From Oligoflexus sp. (GTDB lineage: Bacteria > Bdellovibrionota_B > Oligoflexia > Oligoflexales > Oligoflexaceae): 13,493 nucleotides of DNA. Positions 6,560 to 13,493 of this stretch are shown piece by piece. Under the pieces are notes generated by a model. The model worked only from the letters and a program-made list of their open reading frames with translations. It was not told the origin of the DNA and ran no database searches. The translations under genes and the position numbers were made by a program. Positions within the stretch are counted from its first letter, which is position 1, and the number at the start of each line of letters is the position of its first letter. The DNA lies in contig JBGSTX010000139.1 of NCBI GenBank assembly GCA_041736305.1, positions 1 to 13,493 on the forward strand, read 5' to 3'.

Positions 6560-7948
6560 TTACTTTGGATAGAAGATACGGAACACAACTCGACGGTTGA
6601 TCTGCCGTCCCTGGTAATTGCCATTGTCAGCTACAGGTCGCGTTTCTCCGTAGGTGCGAAGTTCGATCTTCGAACCGTCGACACTTAGGTTTTTCACGAT
6701 ATAGTCACGAGTCGTCGTGGCCCGACTCAAGCCGAGGCCTTGGTTGTATTCTTCTGAGCCTACAGAATCCGTATGGCCCTCCATGATAATCCGCTCGTAG
6801 CCGGTCTTCTTTAGGTGATCCGTCAGCTCTTTCAAGATATCGTGCGTTCCCGGCAGTACCCGGCTCGACGAGTCAAAGGCAAAGTTCACCCCCCTCAAGA
6901 CAAAGACTTCGTCACCCTCGCCTGGCGGCTCTGCGGGACCAACTGGTTCCCTAGGAGCCTCAACAAACCTCGCGATAGGTGTCGGCTTCTTCTGCGGCTT
7001 CCTCGGAGCAGGGCGGACAATTTTTGGCTCCTTTTTCTTGCCTTCGAAACCAAAAGCATAATTGAGGCCCGTATATATACGCCAATCGGCTGAGGCCGTA
7101 CCGTTATCTATCTCGGTTCCTGCACCGCCGTGAAGCGCTAATTGATCGGTCATGTCGTACTTGAGGCCGGCGAGGACTTCCGATGCCGAAGCGCTGCGCG
7201 CTTTCACTGTTTTGGTTTCTTTGTCGGCAGGAAATGCAAAATAGCTTTCAACGATAAGCTTGGTATCTATCGTTGTGAAGAGGTAGCTAGCAGCTACCGA
7301 GGCGATAATCTGATCGCCGAGTGGCTCGATAGGAAAGTCAATGATTGCCTTTCCTGGGGAGCGAATCCGGTAGCCGGCGTTGACGCCAACAGCAATTTTT
7401 TCCATAAAAGTGCTATCGACCGCGACTTCCAGATTGATCGTCGGGCCAGCATCTTTACCAACGTAGGGATTGTTTTCGACGAGGTTATAATTACCCGACG
7501 CCACGAACGCGATACCCCCAGAGCGGTCACCCCAGAGTCTTAGTTTGGTATTGGCCCGAATTTCGGTCATGCCCTTGTCGCCGAATTCTCCGCGACTACC
7601 TTTAAAACTGACATCCTGATAGACGACATGGGGCAGGCTAATCCCGAAATCCCAGAAGTCGGTCAAACCTATGCCTAGATTCACGTCGGCACCGATGATG
7701 GAGTCATCGATGCTAGACTCCCGACCGTTGGCATCCTCATAGCGGGGTAGGGTATTCACCGCATAGTTCGCGAAGAGCCCGATATTGAATATGCCCGGCC
7801 CTAAGGTCTCCGACGACTGGACCGTTATAAAATCCAGGCCGTTAGTAGTGGCATTAAAGTTCTGCAAATCGCTGCCGGTAATATTAGCCAGCAATAGTTC
7901 TGCAGGGCTGAGAGCCAAGAGGCCGAATATCCAACGGCAAACCCTCAC
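6560..7948 (-). CDS. Outer-membrane protein: signal peptide, beta-barrel, Pro/Lys-rich linker and C-terminal OmpA domain
   Basis: Canonical OmpA motifs VNFAFDSS, MEGHTDSVG, YNQGLGLSRA, YGETRPVADN and GRQINRRV. Amphipathic strands end in WRIYTGLNYAF. Start set at GTG 7948 because a perfect AGGAGG (7955-7960) lies 6 nt upstream, inside the track's MRR codons. Confidence 0.9.
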   Translation of the reverse strand: MRVCRWIFGLLALSPAELLLANITGSDLQNFNATTNGLDFITVQSSETLGPGIFNIGLFANYAVNTLPRYEDANGRESSIDDSIIGADVNLGIGLTDFWDFGISLPHVVYQDVSFKGSRGEFGDKGMTEIRANTKLRLWGDRSGGIAFVASGNYNLVENNPYVGKDAGPTINLEVAVDSTFMEKIAVGVNAGYRIRSPGKAIIDFPIEPLGDQIIASVAASYLFTTIDTKLIVESYFAFPADKETKTVKARSASASEVLAGLKYDMTDQLALHGGAGTEIDNGTASADWRIYTGLNYAFGFEGKKKEPKIVRPAPRKPQKKPTPIARFVEAPREPVGPAEPPGEGDEVFVLRGVNFAFDSSSRVLPGTHDILKELTDHLKKTGYERIIMEGHTDSVGSEEYNQGLGLSRATTTRDYIVKNLSVDGSKIELRTYGETRPVADNGNYQGRQINRRVVFRIFYPK

Positions 7949-7984
7949 CTCACACCTCCTCATGATTGAGCTTGGTCAATAGAC

Positions 7985-8015
7985 AAAAATAAAGGGATAG
8001 CTTGTAGCTACCCCT
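7985..8015 (-). terminator. Intrinsic terminator after the small lipoprotein gene
   Basis: Minus strand reads AGGGGTAGCT-ACA-AGCTATCCC-TTTATTTTT: 9-10 bp stem with one G-U pair and a U-rich tail. Confidence 0.75.
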
Positions 8016-8043
8016 ATTGTACACGAAATTAAATTTTTGTGCA
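8016..8043 (-). promoter_or_regulatory. Candidate sigma70 promoter for the barrel/OmpA gene
   Basis: Minus strand TGCACA (8038-8043), a 16-nt AT-rich spacer, then TACAAT (8016-8021). Confidence 0.4.
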
Positions 8044-8066
8044 GAAGCCTATTGCCGGCTCTCCGT

Positions 8067-8498
8067 TCAGTTAGTCTGAGTTTTGGACTGAGTCGGCGTC
8101 GGACAATTAGGTTTCGACTGGCCCTGAGTCTGTGTAGGTGAACTGCAGTCATTCGTATTAGGTCTAGCTTGACATTCGCTGCGTGTTTCGGTGATTTCGT
8201 TATTTTGAAGCATATTGTCTTTATTAAGATCGGGACCTCGCTCGAAAATAGAAATAGTCCCATTGCAGCCCCGCGCTAAGCTTTCTTGATCGCTGAGGGT
8301 GCGACTACGCTCTAGCATCGTATATGGGCCTTTAGGGGGAGGCGTAGAAGGGGGGGTGATAGTAGGAGGCACCTTTACTTCGAGATCCTGCTGCTGCTGC
8401 GCTGGTGGGGTTGCCTTGATGCTTTGAAATGTCGCGCGACAAGCATAGAAGCTGAGTCCAGCTAATAATAGGAATATCAATTTGAGAAATCTAAACAT
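8067..8498 (-). CDS. Small lipoprotein with a Pro-rich linker, a Cys-bracketed EF-hand-like loop module and a Gln/Thr tail
   Basis: ATG 8498 follows AAAGGTGA; MFRFLKLIFLLLAGLSFYAC lipobox (Cys20); module CNGTISIFERGPDLNKDNMLQNNEITETRSEC. The track's start at 8543 falls inside the predicted promoter. Confidence 0.8.
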   Translation of the reverse strand: MFRFLKLIFLLLAGLSFYACRATFQSIKATPPAQQQQDLEVKVPPTITPPSTPPPKGPYTMLERSRTLSDQESLARGCNGTISIFERGPDLNKDNMLQNNEITETRSECQARPNTNDCSSPTQTQGQSKPNCPTPTQSKTQTN

Positions 8499-8539
8499 GC
8501 TGTCACCTTTGGGTGGACCAACTACCAAGTCAGTATGAA

Positions 8540-8566
8540 TCATCGGCGATCTCGGCCAAAAGCTTA
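8540..8566 (-). promoter_or_regulatory. Sigma28 (FliA)-like promoter
   Basis: Minus strand TAAG-CTTTTGGCCGAGATC-GCCGATGA versus consensus TAAA-N15-GCCGATAA (3/4, exact 15-nt spacer, 7/8). It lies 41 nt before ATG 8498. Confidence 0.65.
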
Positions 8567-8693
8567 TCTTTCAGAGCAACAAAGCAGTAATTGCTTATAG
8601 TTATCTGGATTAATTCAGTAAACACCAGGTCTCTTTCGGGTCCTGCTTGCCTCAAAACTTAGATTTCGCTAGAAAGTTTCAAAGGAGACCCCG

Positions 8694-9395
8694 ATGCAAC
8701 TCTCGTTCAGACAGCGTTTGATCTGCTGGCTAGCCTATCTCTTGATTTGGGTTCTCCATCGCAGCTACCGCTATCGTTGGTACGGCCTCCATCACTACGA
8801 GCAAGCCCGAGCTGGCTCTTCCAAAAGCAATCCCGTTATAGCCTGTTGGCACCAGAATGCCCTTGCCTCAGCTCTATGCAATGAAGGTCGGCGTCTTACC
8901 ATTATAGTAAGCCAGTCATTTGACGGCGAGGTAATATCGTCGGTAGTCAAACGCTTTGGAATCGAGACTGCTCGCGGAAGCTCGACCCGCGGCGGACTTG
9001 AGGCGCTGCGCTCCATCCTCAAATACTCAAAAAATGGCTGGGAAGCAGGTATCACAGTCGATGGGCCCAATGGCCCTCCACACGTCGTCAAACCTGGGGT
9101 CATTGCCATTGCATCACTCAGTTCTTCAGCCATCGTTCCACTAGCTGCTATCGGCTACCGCACCTGGGCCTTTGCCAAGAGTTGGGATAAGTTCCGCTTA
9201 CCTAAGCCCTTCAGCCCCATTCTATGTGTTTTCGGAGCGCCCATTGAAGTACCTCGTAAGCTGGATGCAGGAGCCCAAGAGATTTTTCTGCAACGCTTGC
9301 ACGATGCGCTCAACGATCTTGAAAGCCAGGTAGCAGCTTGGCGATCAGCGGAAGTCCTACCACCCGCTGAGCATAAAGGTTTACGACGTCTCTAA
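8694..9395 (+). CDS. DUF374 / lysophospholipid acyltransferase-like family protein
   Basis: RBS AAGGAG 8682-8687; motifs ACWH, VSQSFDGE, RGSSTRGG, TVDGPNGP, KPGVI and SWDKFRLPKPF. Confidence 0.9.
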   Translation: MQLSFRQRLICWLAYLLIWVLHRSYRYRWYGLHHYEQARAGSSKSNPVIACWHQNALASALCNEGRRLTIIVSQSFDGEVISSVVKRFGIETARGSSTRGGLEALRSILKYSKNGWEAGITVDGPNGPPHVVKPGVIAIASLSSSAIVPLAAIGYRTWAFAKSWDKFRLPKPFSPILCVFGAPIEVPRKLDAGAQEIFLQRLHDALNDLESQVAAWRSAEVLPPAEHKGLRRL

Positions 9396-9485
9396 GAGTC
9401 GCTATCCTCTTTGCTACTCTTCCCATTTCAAATAGCAAAATTCCGGTATCGAGCGGCGGAATCGTCGGCAATTTAAGGAGAATAA

Positions 9486-9761
9486 GTGCTCATTTTGGTG
9501 GATTTTAAAGACAAAAGCCTGTATCGCCTCATCGAAGAAGTGACCCGTCGCCTAAGCCTCTATGGTTTTGATTGCTATGAGGATGATATTCCCGCCGATG
9601 CCATCGCCTGTGCCCTCGACGAGGTTCGCAAATTCAATCATGCGGAGACCTACCGCGAGATCCTCATCAAAGTCGAAGCTGCTATTGAGCGCCGCCGCGC
9701 TCAACACCTTTCTATCTACCGAATCGAGTCAGAAGACTTCGCTTCGCAGTCCCAGGCTTAG
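9486..9761 (+). CDS. Hypothetical small helical protein (91 aa)
   Basis: GTG start with a strong RBS AAGGAG at 9475-9480 and protein-like composition. It fills the gap after the DUF374 gene. No family recognised. Confidence 0.7.
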   Translation: MLILVDFKDKSLYRLIEEVTRRLSLYGFDCYEDDIPADAIACALDEVRKFNHAETYREILIKVEAAIERRRAQHLSIYRIESEDFASQSQA

Positions 9762-10688
9762 TCCCCAGTCTGGAGAATTATAGAGCCAAAAGATATTCTC
9801 AATGAGAACGGCTTCAAGGGCGGTCTTTTGCCACCAATAGCGATAGCCGAAATGAAGCTCATAGGAATTGCGGCTGAGTTGTCCCAGTTCTCTAAAAACA
9901 GGCTCGAACACCATGGCTTGAGCGACAAATTCATGCCCTGGTAACATCGTTTGAGCTGTTCCCACCGTTACGCCCAGCTGCTGATTTTCGGTCGGTACTT
10001 TATCGATAGCCGCTCGATCATAAAATATCTGGTTTAAAGCCCCATAGAGCCGACCCTGCCAGAACGCAGAATCAGCGTTAATTTGCAGGCCATAGTCCAA
10101 AGCCCCATCTTTGTAAGGCGAGGCATGCGCCAGCTCGCGCGCTCCCAGCAGAGTCGCGCTCAGGCGCCAGCTACCGTCCGCCGCGTTTAGCAGAGGAAAG
10201 CTGAGATCCGCCTCAAGTTGCTCGCTGAGGAAGTCATCGCGATCGAGAGGGCCATACTCAAGGTTGTAATCGGGAATCTTGTAGCGCGTCTTGTGCTTAC
10301 CGGCTTCCAAACGCCCGTCCTGGCCTAACATAAATAGTTTATGGAAGCTGATGGCGACCTGATCAGTCTGGGTTTCGGCAAACCTTCTCGCACTGATACC
10401 GACACCTAGCCTCAGCCAAGGCTGGAGAGGAAAGGCTATACGGACCCGGTCATCGATGAGTTCGGCATCGACGAGAAAGCGCTTATCGTGGGCCCAGAGA
10501 TTAGCCACTGTTCGGGCGGCCTCAAATTCGAAGGAGAGCTCAGGGTTCATGACACCCAAAACGGGTGGATTAAGGCGAAAGAGTTGCCCAACGGCCTCGG
10601 AGCGAGTCATGAGCGGTGCATGCAGCTCCACTGCGAGGGCCTTCATACTCAGGAGAAGCGTTAGACTTCCAAGCAGCTTGTGCCGCAT
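9729..10688 (-). CDS. Outer-membrane beta-barrel protein, DUF3187-like
   Basis: Signal peptide MRHKLLGSLTLLLSMKALA; DQVAISFHKLFMLGQDGR and IENI...NSPDWGLSLGL resemble DUF3187 motifs as I recall them; amphipathic strands; terminal Phe. Confidence 0.7.
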   Translation of the reverse strand: MRHKLLGSLTLLLSMKALAVELHAPLMTRSEAVGQLFRLNPPVLGVMNPELSFEFEAARTVANLWAHDKRFLVDAELIDDRVRIAFPLQPWLRLGVGISARRFAETQTDQVAISFHKLFMLGQDGRLEAGKHKTRYKIPDYNLEYGPLDRDDFLSEQLEADLSFPLLNAADGSWRLSATLLGARELAHASPYKDGALDYGLQINADSAFWQGRLYGALNQIFYDRAAIDKVPTENQQLGVTVGTAQTMLPGHEFVAQAMVFEPVFRELGQLSRNSYELHFGYRYWWQKTALEAVLIENIFWLYNSPDWGLSLGLRSEVF

Positions 10689-10696
10689 GACGACAC

Positions 10697-12142
10697 TTAA
10701 CCCATCAAGGTTTTCTTCACAAAGCCAGGTACACGCTTACCCATGCTCAGAATCTCGCTGATAGTTGGTTTCGCCGCTCTAAGGAGGACGGGCCCGGCGG
10801 CACGGGCGAAGGAGACCTCAGGATCAATGCCGCGAGCCAATCCTTCGATCGTCAGCAAACTTTTGGCCATCAAAAGCAAACCATCGGGAAGCGGGATCGC
10901 GAGCCTCTCGGCTCCGCTTAGAGCGGCTTCGAGCAGTTCGTCTAGAGCCGGCTGGGTACCCGCTGCGCGATGCGCTTGAATGAGGACAGAGACTTTCCGG
11001 ATCTCATCAGCGATAGCGGAGCGTTCCACTTTCACTTGGTGCTGGTCAGCCATGCTGACAAATACATCGATCAAGCGATCCATATCCACCAAGAGGAGGG
11101 CCTTGAGGATGCCGGAGATATGCTTGCGATCAGTGTCGAGCAGTTCGCCCGTCAAGCCCCAGTCGAAGATCCCGACCGAGCCATCCTCAAGCAGCATCAG
11201 GTTACCGGCATGAGGGTCACCGTGGAAAATACCGATTTCAAAAACTTGAATAAGCAGTTCCTGGAGCAATTTCTTCGCGAGTTTTTTCCGCTGTTCTTCG
11301 TTCAGCTGGGTCTTTTTCTGCACTACGGATCCGAGCGGGATACCCCGAAAGCGTTCGATCACGAGCACATTGCGGGTGCTGAATTCTTCATAAACGCGTG
11401 GGAGTTTAAGGACCTGCTGCTTCTTCTGCTCGAGCCTGGACCGCATGCGCTGGATATTATCCTTTTCGAGATCCAATTCCACCTCTCGACGCAAAGAACG
11501 CACGAGTTCCTCAAGTTCCCGATGGGTCCGGGCACCGAGAGCAGTGAGCTTGAGCGGAGCTGCCACGGTGAGGATCTCCTGGACGGCAGCCAAGGTTTGC
11601 TCCAGGCGTTTTCTCGAAGCGGGTTTGATCACCTTGATCACCCATTCACGTCCCTGTTCGTCGACCGCAGCATGGACCTGAGCCATAGAAGCGACTCCAA
11701 GAGGGTGCGGCTCCAGCACAAACTCCTGATGCCATTCGGGGATCTCCTCATCGAGGATGGATTCGACCTCAGAGAAGGGAATCGGCGGCCATGAACTGTA
11801 GAGACGATCGAGATGCAATCTTTGCGAAAAGGCTTGCCCTTCTTCATCGAGCCGACTAAGAGCGATCTGGCCGAACTTGCCATAGACCGGCCCCAGTTCA
11901 TTGAGGCTGGCAATGACGATGTCGCCTAAGAGTTCTAACAGGCGCTTTTCCGACCAGATTGGATCGAGGCCTGGATCCTTGACGAGAGAACGCAGTACGC
12001 CGAGCGGCAGCCTGATGGCACCGGTGGTGAGCAGCTGCTTATAAATGAAGAGGATTTCGCGAGCTAAGGCGAAGTGGGCTTTGCCTGAGGAATAGCGATG
12101 CTTGCTCTTAGTCCCTGTTTTTGCTTCGGATGGGTTGCTCAC
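10697..12142 (-). CDS. UbiB/AarF/ABC1 family atypical protein kinase-like protein
   Basis: LGPVYGKFGQ, PLGVASMAQVH, VIKVIKP, FHGDPHAGNL, FDWG and LLMAKSLLTIEG.ARGIDP. Likely start is GTG 12142 (GAGGT 6 nt upstream); alternatives are 12175 and 12178. Confidence 0.92.
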   Translation of the reverse strand: MSNPSEAKTGTKSKHRYSSGKAHFALAREILFIYKQLLTTGAIRLPLGVLRSLVKDPGLDPIWSEKRLLELLGDIVIASLNELGPVYGKFGQIALSRLDEEGQAFSQRLHLDRLYSSWPPIPFSEVESILDEEIPEWHQEFVLEPHPLGVASMAQVHAAVDEQGREWVIKVIKPASRKRLEQTLAAVQEILTVAAPLKLTALGARTHRELEELVRSLRREVELDLEKDNIQRMRSRLEQKKQQVLKLPRVYEEFSTRNVLVIERFRGIPLGSVVQKKTQLNEEQRKKLAKKLLQELLIQVFEIGIFHGDPHAGNLMLLEDGSVGIFDWGLTGELLDTDRKHISGILKALLLVDMDRLIDVFVSMADQHQVKVERSAIADEIRKVSVLIQAHRAAGTQPALDELLEAALSGAERLAIPLPDGLLLMAKSLLTIEGLARGIDPEVSFARAAGPVLLRAAKPTISEILSMGKRVPGFVKKTLMG

Positions 12143-12321
12143 GTTAAAACCTCGAATAGAGAGACCGAGCTCCATCAAGCCAGAAGGAGCCCTCGAAGAA
12201 GGTATTTTCCGAACCTATTTTCAAGAATATAATAGCACGGACGTTCGGAGGCTTGGCATGGGCCGAATCTTCCTAGAATCGCTCCCAATCTTCTCTCCCA
12301 GGCATAAAGGTAATCAATAAA

Positions 12322-13101
12322 ATGGCATTAAGAACCAAAGAAGAGATTGTCGAAAACTGGTTGCCTCGCTACACCGGGACAGCTATCGAAGATTTTGGTA
12401 AGTATATACTTTTGACAAATTTCTCGGACTATATTCGGCGCTTCTCCGCTATTTTCGGAACTCCTATCAAGGGTCTCGATCGGGCTATGCAGACATGCTC
12501 AGACGGTAAAAACCTGACGATGATCAATTTTGGAATGGGCTCGGCTAACGCTGCAACGATCATGGACCTATTGAGTGCGATCAAACCTAAGGGCGTGCTT
12601 TTTCTTGGCAAATGTGGCGGCCTCAAAGACACGACCGAACTCGGGCACTTTATTCTCCCTATCGCGGCTATTCGTGGTGACGGCACCTCCGATGACTACT
12701 TGCCGCGTGAAGTCCCAGCTATGCCATCTTTCAAGCTTCACAAGTTCATTTCAGAGAAAATTGTCGAAGCTGGCATGGACTACCGCACCGGCGTGGTCTA
12801 CACCACGAATAGACGCGTCTGGGAACACGATGAAAGCTTCAAAAAGAGACTGCGGGATCTGCGCGCCATTGCCATCGATATGGAAACGGCCACTATCTTT
12901 TCCTGTGGCATAGCCAATGAGATATCGCGGGGCGCCCTGCTCTTGGTTTCAGACCTACCAACCACTCCGGAAGGCGTAAAAACAGAAGCTAGCGATAGGA
13001 AAGTGAGCGAACGATTCGTCGATCTCCACATTGAAATCGGCATCAAGGCGATGACCGATATCGAAGAGAAGGGCGAGAAAATAAAGCATTTTCGCTACTG
13101 A
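12322..13101 (+). CDS. amn: AMP nucleosidase, short type (PNP/UDP phosphorylase superfamily)
   Basis: RTKEEIVENWLPRYTG, YILLTNF, INFGMGSANAATIMDLL, FLGKCGGL, AAIRGDGTSDDY, TTNRRVWEHD, IDMETAT and GALLLVSD.P..PEGVKT. Confidence 0.93.
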   Translation: MALRTKEEIVENWLPRYTGTAIEDFGKYILLTNFSDYIRRFSAIFGTPIKGLDRAMQTCSDGKNLTMINFGMGSANAATIMDLLSAIKPKGVLFLGKCGGLKDTTELGHFILPIAAIRGDGTSDDYLPREVPAMPSFKLHKFISEKIVEAGMDYRTGVVYTTNRRVWEHDESFKKRLRDLRAIAIDMETATIFSCGIANEISRGALLLVSDLPTTPEGVKTEASDRKVSERFVDLHIEIGIKAMTDIEEKGEKIKHFRY

Positions 13102-13258
13102 GTGCACTATCTGCTGAAGTCTTCGCGAAAGACTCCCGCAGCTTTCAGCTTTCACCTTTAGACAGGAGCCACCACGCTGGCATGGCGCGGCCTTGTCTTT
13201 TCCCTCGATATCACTTAGTTTCGGGTTTTGAAGAGAATGATGCGAAAGGTTGGTTATA

Positions 13259-13493
13259 ATGGCAGATCTTATTCCTACTCTCCTTGCGATGGTAGCCGTC
13301 GCCTGTTTTGTCTATGCATTGATTTCCCGTCGTCGCCAACTTGAAGCCCGGGCTCTCCTAGCTGAGGCGACGGTCCGCTTTGATTCTGTCCAGAAAACGG
13401 CCGGTCAGCAGCAGCAGCAGCAGAGGTCGGTCCAGGAACTCGCCGATCGGCTGCGTACGCAGAACCAGCAGCTAGAGAAAGCTCTCGAAGATC
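13259..13493 (+). CDS. Membrane-anchored coiled-coil protein, N-terminal part only (runs off the right edge); not in the ORF track
   Basis: Open from ATG 13259 (AAAGGT upstream): MADLIPTLLAMVAVACFVYALISRRRQLEARALLAEATVRFDSVQKTAGQQQQQQRSVQELADRLRTQNQQLEKALED. A single hydrophobic helix, an RRR stop-transfer patch, then heptad-like sequence. Confidence 0.75.
   Translation, partial: MADLIPTLLAMVAVACFVYALISRRRQLEARALLAEATVRFDSVQKTAGQQQQQQRSVQELADRLRTQNQQLEKALED

Noticed and set aside
7976..8263. 95-aa alternative-frame minus-strand ORF
   Set aside because: It overlaps the lipoprotein gene in another frame and runs through the terminator, with no RBS or motif.
10970..11794. 274-aa plus-strand ORF and other short ORFs nested within TPS, the barrels, the kinase and amn
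   Set aside because: Antisense or alternative-frame shadows of well-supported genes, with no motifs of their own.
13111..13149. Hairpin AGTCTT-CGCGA-AAGACT with outer pairing after amn
   Set aside because: Short stem with no clear U-tract, too weak to call as a terminator or ncRNA.

Overview
A 13.5 kb bacterial chromosomal window of moderate GC, dominated by cell-envelope genes. Gene content and style suggest Bdellovibrionota/Oligoflexia-like bacteria; this is inference only. In order: a partial divergent lipoprotein absent from the ORF track; a lipoprotein S1 serine protease; a Gln/Glu-rich repeat lipoprotein; a GIY-YIG (UPF0213-like) nuclease; a fused trehalose-6-phosphate synthase/phosphatase with degenerate phosphatase motifs; two convergent OmpA-domain proteins (one lipoprotein, one beta-barrel plus OmpA protein with TraB-like architecture); a small Cys/EF-loop lipoprotein behind a sigma28-like promoter; a DUF374 acyltransferase-like protein; a hypothetical protein; a UbiB/ABC1 kinase followed by a DUF3187-like barrel; AMP nucleosidase; and a partial membrane-anchored coiled-coil protein. 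No rRNA, tRNA, CRISPR array or mobile element was seen. The best leads are the envelope module at 5670-8566, the probably inactive phosphatase domain of the TPS fusion, and the aromatic-free Gln-rich lipoprotein.
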